Shown here piece after piece: positions 1-12,744 of a stretch of 64,000 nt of DNA. The notes beneath the pieces were generated by a model. It did not search any database. It saw nothing but the letters and a program-made list of their open reading frames with translations, and was not told where the DNA came from. Each line of letters begins with the position of its first letter. Position 1 is the first letter of the stretch. A program made the translations under genes and the position numbers. The DNA is from Klebsormidium nitens (lineage: Eukaryota; Plantae; Klebsormidiophyceae): NCBI GenBank assembly GCA_000708835.1, contig DF237057.1:62001-126000 (forward strand). The letters run 5' to 3'.

Positions 1-417
1 TGAAACTCCGTCTGACGTGGCATTCGAAGTGGCAACTATATTTTGGCGCGAAGGTTTCAAACCTTGCCATTCAAGTTGGCGCCAAATTGTGTTTCTTCAA
101 GGAAGAATTCAAGAAGTTGAAGTTGGAAGCCTTCAACTTCAAGGCTTCATTGTCAAATTCAAACCCACACTGATCACCAGGCTCTGTCGCAGGACTCCAA
201 TCCGGTCACCGCTTTGCAGAAGAGCATCCGCAAAGTTGATGCACGCCCAATCACTCTTCCAAGAAGTCCTTGCGTTCCCTTTTGAGTTGTAAGGATTTCT
301 GCACGGGTGCTGTCAATATCGGATCTTCAAAGTCAACTAATACTATATTGTCCGACCGTTCCCAGCGGCACGTCAGCAATCCAGCTTAGTTCATTTGCGG
401 CATACTTCTCATTTCAG

Positions 418-3003
418 GAAAAGAACTGTAGTTCGCTAATAGATCAGGCAATCATCCCAACGGGATTTGAAGCAGGACCTGGAGAACCCATACAGCGGCC
501 ACAGCGCATGTACCAGGTGGGATGTGATTCCGCTTTAAACTTAATTCGTCCTGAAAGCTACAAGGATACTAGTTTATTTATCAAGTGTTCTTTACTTTGC
601 TTCTCTTGTGCTCTCGTGAGTAGTTTGATGTCTAGTTTCATGCAAGTTTCCGCTGCATCCAATCTGGTGCTTTGAAAAACATACTGAGTATCTTGGAGAT
701 ATCTTTCGTCCGCTTGTGTGAAGTGCAGAGGTTGGATTCTTAGACATCTTCAATGATGTTCCAGTGCTTTGCATTTCAACAGCGCATAGAGATTTCTGCA
801 CTCCAGCTTGGCAAAGTGGCTAGAAAACTCTGCATCAAACTAAGCCTGTAACGCAATTTTGAGATACCAAGCGAATAAAATTGTCATCTCTGAGTAATCA
901 CAAGGAGAAGTTGGATACCATGAAAGCTAACTTCAGATTGCTGATGTCCCAGGGATGGCTGAACCCAAGAAGATCTCCAGCTGGTTAGCAGCAGCGAAGG
1001 CAGCTCCGTCCAAATCGCCGACGCCGTCCCCGCCTAATCACGTCTCCATGGTGAGGGTTTCTCGGCTTCACTAAGCATCTTGCTGTCAATCTTGCTGTCT
1101 ACTTGGTTGATTTGATCCATAAAATGGAAGTGACAATTAAGTCTGCTTGAGTGAAAAGATATTGGACATGCAGAGGTTCTGTGTCTCCCTCGCTTTTCTT
1201 TTCAGCCACAATGGATAAAGCATGTATGGGAGTGCCTGACGACAAAGGTATTGGAGCAAACCAAAACACTCTTCTTAGAATGGCTAGTCAGAAATTTCTC
1301 TTTACTGCTCATGGACTATAGAGAATGGCAGGATGCCCATTCTGTGACTCACTTCTTTTGATAGGCTGTTGCGTTGCTTCCATGCGAATCCCTGCAGCAT
1401 AATGATAACCTAATAACCTAATGTAACCAGGACTCTCTCATCTTCGTCACAGCTTGCGGCTTTGTGCAACACTGAGGTCAGCAAGGACGCCGATGGTTTT
1501 GTGACGGTGGTCCGAGCTAGGAAGTCTCGGTCCCCCCAGAAAGGGAGCGAGCCTCCTCTGCCACAGGGGGACGAGTTCCCTGCTTTGAAGAGTCCCCCAA
1601 AGAGGGGCCAGCCATTAGAAGGGCCTGTAAAGACCAGGAAGGAGGGGAAGAGGAAGGACGGGCATAAGGACAGAGCAGAGAACAAGCGAGAGGAGAAAGA
1701 AGCCGGCAGATTGGGAGAGTCGACTGGCATCATGGAGAAAAATGCTGGTGCAGAGGCACCGGACCTCAACCGAGGGGAGGGGAGCAGGATCAACACTCAG
1801 GAAAGACTCCAGGCCCCGACAGGCCCTCTGGAGAAAGAGCAAATGGGGAGCAATGGAAAGAGCAGAGAAGGGGGTCTCACAAAGGCGATCAGCGAGGCGG
1901 GCAAGTTGAGGGTGCCCCCCTCGCGTGAGGTCACTGCCGAGTTCGACGGCCTCATGACCGAGCTCCTGAGTGGCCTGCGACTACAAACGTCAGGACAGGG
2001 CCTCTCCCCGCCTGTCACGGCAAGCCCACAAACGCAGGGCCCTGTCCAGGCAACCTGCGCGCCCCCCCAGAACAAGGTGGTGCTCTCCCCCCAGGTGCAA
2101 AAGGCCCTTGCAGCGCCCCCTAAAAACGGCCCAGTAAACCTCACTGAGAGGGCGCCCCCCCTGTCACGGAACCTGTTCCCAAACCCCCCATCGGTTACTA
2201 GAACCGCCCCCCAAACCCTGGTTACTGGTCCTCGGCCGCCCACTCCCAAGATCACAAAAGTCAAACCCCCTGAGCCAATTCTCACCCCTGCCAGGGGCCC
2301 GAATCCGAACTCTTCCGAGCAATCTTCCACCCCCCAAACCAGGGAACTGTCGTTCTTCGCAGTCCCTCCAAAGACCCCAAACCCTTACTCTCCCAAGTCC
2401 GTGCTCGACCTTTCCAGCCCCGAGGGATCCCCCATGCCACGTCAGCAGACCCCGGCCAATCAGACGCCGCCAGCTAAGCGCTCGGCGTACCGGCCTGCGA
2501 TGCACGCTGACCCGAAGAAGGTCATTGGGCGGAAGGCCGAGGCCCAGAGCCCCTCGCCGGAGGTGGTGACGTCATCTCCGTTCAGCTACACGCTGTGGGC
2601 CCCTCCGCTGACATCAGCGAGACTCTCCTCGGCGGAGGCAGGTGTCCTGCGAGAGTCTCCCTGCAACGTGGTTAAGGAGGTTAACCCAGCGAAGGGCAGC
2701 CGGTTAGGGGCGTGGTTAGGGAAAGGGTCGTCCGGTTTGCTGGAAACGGAGAGCGAGTTTCACCAGGCCCTGATTCGGGGGGTGTTTACACAGCCTACGC
2801 CTTTCCAGCAGCCCACAGGTGTGCATACGGGGCATGAGGACGACGAGTTGTGTTGCAAGATCTGCTTTGAGAGGGAGAGCAACTCAACGTACCTGTGTGG
2901 GCACACTTTGTGCAACGACTGTGCAGAATACATTCACGTACATAAGAAGATCTGCCCGTTCTGCAGTAAGCCGATAGAAAGTGTGCTTAGAATGTTCACC
3001 TAA
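418..3003 (+). CDS. Pro/Ser-rich low-complexity protein with C-terminal RING-HC (C3HC4) finger, putative E3 ligase; 5' end uncertain
   Basis: Exon 1453-3003 follows the acceptor tcgtcacag and ends CKICFERESNSTYLCGHTLCNDCAEYIHVHKKICPFCSKPIESVLRMFT. Phase-compatible upstream exons: 937-1050 (IADVPGMAEPKK...HVSM|gtgagg; ATG at 955) and possibly 418-516 (ttcag|EKNC...RMYQ|gtggga). Confidence 0.78.
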
Positions 3004-3674
3004 CAGTGGTAACAAGTTTTCAGGTCAAAGTACTCAAGAGTGTACATTAGCTAGCTGCCGCCAGGTCGAATAGTAACTTTTCTTGATAGTTGTAGCTCAC
3101 TGGTAGATCTACTGTGCCATCATTTTCTTGGTGCACTTTCAAGTTTAATCCTGACGTTTAAGCCTGCGCTGCCATCGGGAAGTGGACCGTTGGGGTTTGC
3201 GAACAGCATACCAATTCTGGGATATTTTGAACATGTGATGGCATGCACGTGTGCATAAGCATGCGGAATCAAATGTTGCGAGGCCTGCAAATGCCACATG
3301 TACGCTTAACATCGTGCATCTAGCACTACAGCAGCGGTTCGATCGTGGCCTAAAGCACAATCTAGCTACATTGTGCGCTCCGATCAAGAGGACGAGGATT
3401 GACTCGTGTATACGGATCCAGTAGAAGAGATACTTTGTCGGAGTGGTCTTCCCGTTCCAAAATCGCGTGCAACTATGTTGCATGATCGTGCATCCCAGCC
3501 AACAGAGTCGCTTGCCGTAATGTATGACAAAGGCCAGTACCGATACAAGAGGCTAAGGATCGAACTTAGAAAACTCGTTATCGCACCCCAACGGCGCTCA
3601 AACAAGAAACCAAGATTGAAGTCTAACAACGATTCGCCCTTGAGCGCCCTCTTTTCAAAGTGGAGGACAGTCAG

Positions 3675-6600
3675 TCATTTCTGATCTAGGCTGAGAGCCC
3701 GTTCCAGTTGATTCAATTCGGCTTTTGTTCGCAATGCGCTCTGCAGTTGCCGCACCCGAGAGAGCCACGTGGCAGCGTTCTCGCCGTCCACTGCGACCCA
3801 AGGAACGGCTGCGAATGCCGGCTGCTCCCACCACTCGTGAATGAGCCGCCCCACCCTGCAGATGACGCAACGCTGACGTCAGCTCGCACGGGCGGAAAAG
3901 GTATGCTTCCGGAGCTTTCGACGCTGCTTACGGGACGCTGAAGGATCTCTCCGTAAGGGCCGCGTAACCTATAAAAGCGAACGTCGCGGAACAGCGATAC
4001 AATGATCCTCTCAGATTGTTCCACGTAGAAGTACCAGTGAGCTCTCTTTTAGTGATCGAAACACTCCACGCATCTTCGTCGGAACACGTACGACGGCCGG
4101 CCACCGAACCTCACCTTTCCGAGTCCTCAATCGCAAACCGCGCCTCGTCCACCGCCGCCCGGATCCGCGTCAGCGTCTCTGACGTCATCTCCTCGTCTTG
4201 CGCCGCGGCTGCTGCTGCCACGTCCTCCACCGCGTTCAGAAGCTCCGGCCGCGCGTCGCTCGCTTCGTCCACCGCAAAACGGCCGTCGGAAACGAGCGCG
4301 CTCAAAGTTTCTGCTTCCTGCAGGATTTGTTAAGAAGGGAATTAAGGGAACTGGAGTTGAAAGCGAGCCGAAAGTGGCGTTCAGTGGCGTCTATCATGGC
4401 GTTGTTTCGTCCACAGCAAACGATTATAGGAGCCAAAAGCGCTCAGAATTTTCGCTTCCTGCACTAATCAGAAATAGGATGTTATAGATGATCCTTGTCA
4501 AAGGCGGGCAGAAGTTTGGTATTCGATGGCGTTTATTGTGGCATGTCTGTGTTCTTTCAGAAGCTCCGGCCGGGCGTCGCTCGCTTCGTCCACAGCAAAT
4601 CGGCCGTCAGACACAAGGGCGCTCAGAGTTTCTGCTTCCTGCATCATTCGGAAAAAGATGGATGTTGAGATCCTTTCTGGCGGTTTTGAACCGTTTGATG
4701 AGCTCCAAACGAGCTTCGAGAGACAAAGCGGCCGTCGGAGACAAGCGCGCTCAGAGTTTCCGCTTCCTGCACAGTCAAAGAAAGCAGAATGATATGAAAG
4801 ACGGATTTAAGAGATGCGTCTCAAGTGCGGGCAGCAATCAGGTGGCGTTTCTGTGTTTCTTCATGAGCTCCGGCCGGGCGTCGCTCGCTTCCGAACCGGC
4901 NNNNNNNNNNNNNNNNNNNNNNNNNNNNNNNNNNNNNNNNNNNNNNNNNNNNNNNNNNNNNNNNNNNNNNNNNNNNNNNNNNNNNNNNNNNNNNNNNNNN
5001 NNNNNNNNNNNNNNNNNNNNNNNNNNNNNNNNNNNNNNNNNNNNNNNNNNNNNNNNNNNNNNNNNNNNNNNNNNNNNNNNNNNNNNNNNNNNNNNNNNNN
5101 NNNNNNNNNNNNNNNNNNNNNNNNNNNNNNNNNNNNNNNNNNNNNNNNNNNNNNNNNNNNNNNNNNNNNNNNNNNNNNNNNNNNNNNNNNNNNNNNNNNN
5201 NNNNNNNNNNNNNNNNNNNNNNNNNNNNNNNNNNNNNNNNNNNNNNNNNNNNNNNNNNNNNNNNNNNNNNNNNNNNNNNNNNNNNNNNNNNNNNNNNNNN
5301 NNNNNNNNNNNNNNNNNNNNNNNNNNNNNNNNNNNNNNNNNNNNNNNNNNNNNNNNNNNNNNNNNNNNNNNNNNNNNNNNNNNNNNNNNNNNNNNNNNNN
5401 NNNNNNNNNNNNGGCCATCGGAAATAAGAGCGCTCAACGCTTTGGCTTCCTGCGGGATGTGTAAAGAAGGGATTCATGAAGATTATTGTCACATGCGAAC
5501 CGAAGTGTGGCGTTTTTCATGGCGTTGTTTCATGACCGCCGGCCGGGCTTCGTCCACGGCAAAGCGGCCGACGGAAACAAGCGCGGTCAAGGTTTCGGCT
5601 TCCTGCAAAATCAGAAAAAGACAAAATAGATCTCAATGGAAGGGATTGAAGTGATGCGTGTCAAGTGCGGGCAGGAATTTAGTACCGCTTCTTTGTTGAT
5701 TCATGAGGTCCGGCCAAACGTCCCCCACACGTCGCTCGCTTCGTCCACGGAGAAACGGCCGTCAAAAGAAGCGCGCTCAGAGTTTTCGCTTCCTGCATCA
5801 GTCGAAAAAGGGGAGTTGAAAACCATCCTTGGCAAAGGCGGGCAAGAGTGTCGCATTTAGTGGCGTTTATTGCGGCGTTTCTGTGTTTATTCGTGAGCTC
5901 CAGCCGGCCGTCGCTCGCTTCGTCCACGAAAAACGGCCGTCAGGAACAAGCGCGCTCAAGGTTTCTGCTTCCTGCAAGGAGGGACGACCGAGGGTCGTAA
6001 GCAGCCGTTAGACGAGAGCGCGCACAGGGCCTCTCGTGAATATATCGTCAAGAGTCAAGACTACCTATAAAATGGTTTCAGATAGTTGGCCCGGTTAGCG
6101 GATAGAGACAGCTGTGGGGCGGATAGCAGGCTTTGTAAGGGCTGAATTATTAGTAGACAGGTTCTTAATGTGGAAAAGCACTTGAGACTGGGCGTGAGAG
6201 AAGCCCCCTTTTTCCTCTTACTGGCCTTGCTCAATGAATGCAATGGTGCAAACTTTTCGCCCCAACCCTAATCTACTCGAGTGAGGAAACAGGACTCTAC
6301 TCAGGGGTTTGTACTTTCCAGGTTTAGCTTAAGCTAAAAATAGAATGAATTTCAGTCTGACCTGAAGCTGCTTCGCGACCGCCGAGATCACCCCCGCCAC
6401 CGACGCATACTCCGGGTGACAAAACGCGAGGCCCTGTAAAACGCGCGGCAGCGCCTTGTCCAGAGTGTGCCCAGACTGGCCACCGGCCGCCGCAAGGCCT
6501 CGGGTCCGCATGGGCGACCCTGCTGACGTGGCAGCCGACGATTGGAGGGCCGACTGGTGGTGCCGTGCGGTGCGCGCGCGCTGGAGGGCGGAGAGCGCGG

Positions 6601-9600
6601 CGAAGTTGCCGGACGCGGCTTCCGACAGGGTGCCACGTGTCAAAGCCTCGTGAGCATCTGCAAGGGAACCAAATGGAGCTTAATTGTAGATGTCCGCCGC
6701 ACTGGCACGTCTGAGATCCTAGAACGACGTCGGAAGACCATAACGGAAGACATACGGTGTGAAACTCGTGATTGTGGGAACTGGGTCCTTGGCGCTACGC
6801 CAGATCAACGTTTGCGGCCCTGACTACTAAGCACACTGCAGGACTAAACGACATTTGTTGTCGATGGTCAACTTTTGAAGTCAATGAAGTGTGAGGACCC
6901 ACCCGTTCCGGTCTCCGCATACTGGGGCGGAAGCATCAGTGCGGCGCCGCCACAAACCTTTCCCTCTTGCGAGCCACCATTCCCCCCGCAACACCAGCAA
7001 GAAGCTGAAACGTTTGATGGCGGGCGCCGAATCACATTCAGTTTGACCGAATCCGCTCCGTTGGACTTACCTGTTCCGGTCTCCGCCAGCTGGGGCGGAA
7101 GCGTCCGGTGCGGAGCGGCGACAAACGCCTCCATCTCCCGGGCCACCATGTCCCGGCCGCGCTGAGCGACCTCCCGGAGCGCCCGTCCGAACGGCGCGAC
7201 CGTCCGCAAAGAGAGGGCACGTGCCCTGTCCGAAACGGCCCCCCAGGCTGCCGCCAACTCCTGCGGTCGCGAACAGCGAGCGCGTCATTTGTTGCGGGAA
7301 CTGACGCTTCAGAAGTCTGCCTGCGCTCGTTGCTTGCTCTTCCGGGCGTGTGGTTTTGATACTTGCGACCACATTTTCAAAGATCTTGGGACGTCTTTTA
7401 ATGTCTTTTTTCTTGCGACATTTTGATCTCGAGTATGTAAAGGGGTCGTCCAATTGGTTTACCCTACCGAACAGAAACAGTCGGCCTGTTTGTGATCGGT
7501 CATCTTTTGCCGCCGGCGGGCTGAACGAGGAGAACATCTTCATGATCCTTCAGAGTTCATTTCTTCTCAACAACTAACATCTGAAGCCCCCTGTTTCAAC
7601 TGTCCATTCCCGGCCAATACCCTCCAACCCAAGTGCACAGAGAAACCAGTCGCTTACGTGCACTGCCCCAAGTCCGATACTCTGAAAACCCAACCCCTCA
7701 TCCGGCCAAGGATACATCCGAGACGGCCCAAGCGAGCTGAAGCACAACGAACTGAAGCAATTCAAAAAACCCTGAATGCTCAAACCCCTCACGTCATTTT
7801 CCTTGCACAGGTCATTGTGAAGCGCTTCTAGCGCCGCCCGCCGCGCGTCGAACTCGGTGATCCGCTGCCACTTCCGCCGGAGCAGGAGTTCCGCTCGTTT
7901 CCGCTCCTCCTTCGCTGCAGTCAGCCGCGCAACCTCCGCTTCCAAAACGGCCGTCGCCGCTCTCGCGCCGGCAAGCTCCCGTTCTTGCGCCCAGACTTGA
8001 AGCTGCAAACACTGGGTTCGTTCCGTCATTCTGTGAATTCCGTTCCGTTCAGGCCACTGGAGCATTGAGAGGAAAAAAATGGCTGACAGATTCGAAGTCT
8101 AGCACGGCCGCCGGCCCCCTCGTAGTCAACGACTCCGGTTCCTGGGCCCAGACTCGAAGCTGCAGTTTGGAAGCAGCAAAAGTCCGGTTCCGTTTGTTCC
8201 GTGGGTTCGGTTCCGTTTCGTTAGCTAAGCAGCATTGGAAAACAAAAGCGCGCAATCTTCGCTTCCGAACCAACTGCAGCGGCTTTTGAGCCAGCGAGCT
8301 CTGGTTGTCGGGCCCACACCTGAAGCTGCAGGGGTGCAACTTCCGCTTTCTTAGTTCCGTTCCGTTCCGTCGTTTCTTTCTGCCGGTTGACTGAGGAACT
8401 ACATCACTTCCCACTCGAGCACGGCCTCGAGTTCAGAATTTGAGCACGTACTAGCCCCAAACCTACGGGACCGTTCCGTTCAATACAGTTCCTTACACAC
8501 TGTCTCATTCCTCAAGGACTTGCAACAGTGAAGACTCACGAGGGTGGGTCCCTTCTCACCGGATTCCTTCTTAGATCGTTTCCCGCGTCCCGGTCTTTGC
8601 GCTTGCCCCCACGAGTTGGATCAAATTGTTTCGTTCGATTCGGAAAGCACGAAAACTTCCGAGAAACGAGCAACCCTTTCCCTCCGATCCACCTTCAAAA
8701 TAGTTTCCTGCGTCCCACTCGATCCGCTCGCCTCCAGCACCGCGCATATCACCTTCTCTACGTTCCTTTTGCTTGAGAAAGAAGTAAACCCGCAGAGAAA
8801 AAGCGACTTCTAAGTCCTTCTCATCCGACCCACCTCCAAGATCGTTTCCTGCGTCCCGCTCTTCGCGCTCGCCTCCAGGACTGCGCGCATCGCTTCTTCG
8901 GTTCCTCGTTGACTATCATCTGCCTGCGCGTAGGCCTCTTCCGTACGCATGAACTGTGCGACGTGCGCCTTCTGCCGCTCGCGCAGCAGCGCCAGGGCGG
9001 TGCGCGCGCCGCCGAAGTCGGCGCCGGAGTGGGCGTCTTCCACGATCTTGTTGTTCTCGTACTTGTACCTAGAGGGATAGAGGGAAAATTCAAGGTTGAC
9101 TTCGTTCCTGCATTAGTTGCAAGTGCTGACGGGTTTTCCTAGCACGAGCGTCCTGAACAATCTCATGTTCTCGTATTTGTGCTGAACGGGAGAGCGGCAG
9201 AAGATTGAGCTTTGAGTTGTTTTGGTGAGTTAAGGTATTGCTCAAAGGTATTTCCCCGAGAGTTGAAGCAATCTGAACAGAGGAACAACCGTAACAATGC
9301 AGCCGGTATTGTTGCTCGTCACACTTTCCCGCTGGCCTAGAGGGGCCTTCCAAATTCCACCCACTACAAGAGTCTGGAGAACCTTCCGCAACTTTTACAT
9401 GATCGTCATCCAAGAACCTGACCAACAAGGCAATACACGTCACGTTTAGGAAGCCTGTCGTTCCATTGTGCCCCGGGTAAAAGTTATGCTGCAAAACAAT
9501 TTAGCGATTTGCGTCGTTCTAGCACACAACTACTTCGAAGAACTATCTGTTCAGTTTCAAACGTGCCCTGTCGATGCCGTCCTAAAGGTCGTCCGCACTC

Positions 9601-12171
9601 TCCGCTCACCTTAATCTTTCCGCATCCCCCCGAATGTCGATCCGCTCCGTCTCGCCTTTCAGGGCTTCCGCTGCGGCGCTCGTACAACTCGCAACCGCCC
9701 GTAGCAACTCCTGCGGCGCCCGAAGCAGCTCCGATAGCTTATCCAACATTCCCGGCGGGTAATCCCCCAGCACATCTCGTATGACGCCTCCCAGAAAGAC
9801 CTCACTGCCAAGATACGTCACGGCCCGCTCCGAAACCTCTTCCCGGCCTGTTGCTTGCGCGTCCCGCTCGTCGGCCCCCCAGGGGGATCCCCCTCCGGTG
9901 TCGTCAAACTCACTGTGGCCTTCTTGCCATCCGGGTGACCTCGGCGAAGCGGACCCGAAAGCACCGTCCGTGTCGCGCGTTTGAGCGTCCGAGGTGTTGG
10001 TACGAGCGTCCGAATCGGTCGGATCCAGGTCCGCATCGTCCGAAAGTCGGAGCTCCGGAACGCTCTCCGCGATCCGCTTCTCCAAGAGACCGGCCAAAGC
10101 TTCGCAGGCCTCCCGCACCTGGCGCTCGGTCGCAGTTTCCAAAAGCGGGGCTCCGGACGCCAAGTTCGGGTCCGAACTCGGCTTGCCGGACACTGAAACT
10201 GTGCTATCACTTTGAACCGTGCTCGCATGACCCGCATTTTCAGGCACCCTAGCGCTGACACTGGTTGAGCTCGATCTGGAAGAGGACTGGGTCGGTTTAT
10301 AATCTCCGGGCGTTTCGGATACCTCCGCTCGTTTCACCGTCGAGCTCAGGGCTAACGAATCGCGCACCGCCACCTGGCGCTCAAAGACCTGCTGCGGGGC
10401 CGCCTGTGCGGCGCTCTGTTTGGCGGTCCGAGCGTGGGCGATGTGGACGTCCAAACGCTGCTTGCACGTCCGGAAAAGGGCAACAGCGTCCGACATCTGG
10501 CGCTGGTAGGATTCCAGAGCGACGATCCGAAACTCCTGGTCGCTCCGCTCCATTGCATCCCTGTGAGGCCAGAAGACGTGACGCTTAAGTTCGGATATCG
10601 TTGGATAAGAGCAACCAGGAAGTTTTGAACAGAGTCATTAGGAGAGGGTGAGAGAACCACTTTGACAGGATCAATAAGCCAGTCTTTCAGAAACAGGCAT
10701 CACAGTCAAGCATGCTTCCAGCAACAACAATGTCTAACCTACGAAGCCGCAGATTACAGCTTCCAAGATCGTTTCAGTCACACCTCCAACAGGCTCACGA
10801 TGGGGAAATCTGGTTTGAAAGCAAGCTGTGAAGTATCATCGAGATGCCCCAAGACGATTGTTCAGCAATACTGCCGCCATCGCAAATCCGATGAGGCTTC
10901 TTTATCTGCAACTGTTTGGTTCTGAAAAGGGAGCAGAATCACGTCTCATCAGCAAAGCTTGATCCACTCGGACTCACGAGATTGACTCTGCGTAACTCAC
11001 CTGTCACGCTGCAACTCCTCTCTTGCGCCGTCCTCCATCTGCTGCTCCAACGAGCGTTCCAAATCTGCCACCTGATCTTGCAACCGGGCCACCTGCCCAC
11101 AATTTGAACAGGGCGTCAGACCACTTATGCTACTGAATAACTATGCCCGGCTTGTTGAGTACGCGGCCTTTAGTAATAATATGCAGTCAGGCACACCCCC
11201 GGAGTGATAGTTTTGGACTACACCTGTTGGCACCGGGACTACACTTTTTGGAATGCGCATCCGCTATGTATTTCATTCATCACAAGCCCCATTCTAAAGT
11301 TTAGCACCTTTAAAAGGTTTGGGACTCTTCACCTCTGCTTGGGCTGTGGCCCTTTGTAGAAGCGCCTCTTCTCTGCCGGTCTCCCCGGGTTTGTCTGTCC
11401 ATTGCCCGTCCAGTGTCTCCCCTGTCCAGCCTTCATGCCGCCCTTTCCTGTCCCCCTGGCCATGTACAATCAGGTTTCGCCGAATGTCCCGCACAGTCTT
11501 CTCAGATCGCACCTGCAGATGATTGATCGGGTGAGTTGATATTGACTTCCGAGGGGTTTGTTTGCTTAGTTGGTAAGTTGAAGCACGTTGGTTAGGGCCA
11601 TGTTTCGGCTCCCACTGTGTAAACTTCAGAGACTTCTTCTTCTGGAAAAATGGTAGGGCAATGTTGGTCAATTCCTGCCACATTGCAACACGATCTGAGC
11701 TCGGACGCCTGATAAGGATCATACTTGCAAGGCAAAGGAGACCAAACGTTTTAGGAACCATTATGCAAGACCTCTGCTCTTTTGGAGCAGCTGTTCAGAG
11801 CAAGCACTGAAGAATTACGAAGACGAATCACGATCTCAGATTGCGAGGAGTAAATCAGCTTCCCGGATGCTTCATGTCAACAAAGTTGTTCCGGCTGGTA
11901 AAATCCAGTGGCCACAATTGGATTTGTGGACACCAGCAAGAGATTGAACGACGAGGACAACAGAGTTTATGCGAGACAATGGAGCATAGCTTCTCACCCG
12001 TTCTACAAGAAACTTCCACACGGGAGCCAGGTTGCCCCGACATATCTTCCGGAACGAATCGGCATCCAGCGGAAAGTCGTCGGCGGTCCGATCCGGAGGA
12101 CGATACTCCATCTCCCCAGTCACCCACTCTAGTATACTCTCCGGGTGTGGGTGAGCAGCAGAAGCTGCCAT
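3675..12171 (-). CDS. AUG5: AUGMIN subunit 5 (HAUS5 family), about 10 exons
   Basis: Exons approx. 12171-11998, 11512-11334, 11092-11001, 10560-9610, 9070-8833, 8004-7793, 7260-7073, 6657-6362, 4317-4115, 3855-3675. All have GT-AG boundaries and the phases checked were consistent. Peptides match plant AUG5 as recalled: [89 protein letters not shown]. Confidence 0.93.
4240..5975 (-). repeat. Tandem array of degenerate copies of an AUG5 acceptor plus exon start (at least 8 besides the real exon; period about 130-190 bp), interrupted by a gap
   Basis: Recurrent tgcag|GAAGC(A/G/C)...AGCGCG...GACGGCCG...GGACGAAGCGAGCGACG starting near 4317 (functional copy), 4457, 4638, 4766, 5449, 5602, 5792 and 5971, plus a partial copy at about 4866-4900. 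Confidence 0.9.
4901..5412. other. Assembly gap (N run) within the AUG5 intronic repeat array
   Basis: Run of N flanked on both sides by repeat units. Confidence 0.99.
8090..8775 (-). repeat. Degenerate copies of AUG5 exon boundaries in one intron: two acceptor/exon-start copies and two exon-end copies
   Basis: ctgcag|CTTC(A/G)(G/A)GT(G/C)TGGGCCC near 8330 and 8165 mimic the real exon start at 8004 (LQVWAQE). ggaggcgagcg...gggacgcaggaaac at about 8690-8770 and 8555-8610 mimic the exon end at 8833. Confidence 0.8.
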
Positions 12172-12457
12172 TTTGCTTCTCTTTGGGGTGCCAACAAAAA
12201 GTCCAAACCGACTTCGCGCCGATGTTGCGCTCCTCAATTGGTTTGCGAGCGCACTGTCTGATCTTACCACCAGGTCTCGGCAGACACTTGAAAGTGAGCT
12301 CGCATATGAATGGGGCTTTCCCAAGCCTCAACCTTTTTGTTCGACTCTCAATGTCAGCTCAGAGTTGCGGCATTGGCATTTGCACGCATTTGTTGACCCA
12401 TTCAACTTGAATTTGAATTTCAACTTCAAGGCGTGCACACTAGTGGCAGCAGGTGCC

Positions 12458-12744
12458 GTAGTCCAACGTGACGATTCCGAATAAATAAATAATTATCTGC
12501 GTTCGGAAAGTCAGAGATTCAGATTTCCCATTCGGAAAGTGAAAATTTCGGAAAGGTAAAATAACCCTGAAATGGTCCTCGGAAGCCGTAAAACTGCCAA
12601 AAGCAGCCAAAAACTCCCCTTTTGAGTGAGACCATAGGGCATTCGGATTTTGGTCGGAATCAGCATAAATAATTCCACTTTCCTGGTCGGATTGTTGGAA
12701 AATAATTCGAAATAAAATCGTTCGGAATCATCACGTTGGACTAC
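12458..12744. mobile_element. MITE-like element, about 285 bp, with 24-bp terminal inverted repeats
   Basis: gtagtccaacgtgacgattccgaa (12458-12481) pairs with ttcggaatcatcacgttggactac (12721-12744) with one mismatch. The interior is AT-rich and non-coding with recurring ttcggaa. TA at 12459-60 and 12742-43 could be a Tc1/mariner-type target-site duplication (TSD). Confidence 0.55.

Noticed and set aside
4488-5654. Long ORFs spanning 4.5-5.6 kb
   Set aside because: Artefacts of translating through the N gap.
4240-5975. CRISPR-like interpretation of the regularly spaced repeats
   Set aside because: Units are about 80 bp, degenerate and copy a spliceosomal exon. The spacers resemble each other, no cas genes are present and the context is eukaryotic.
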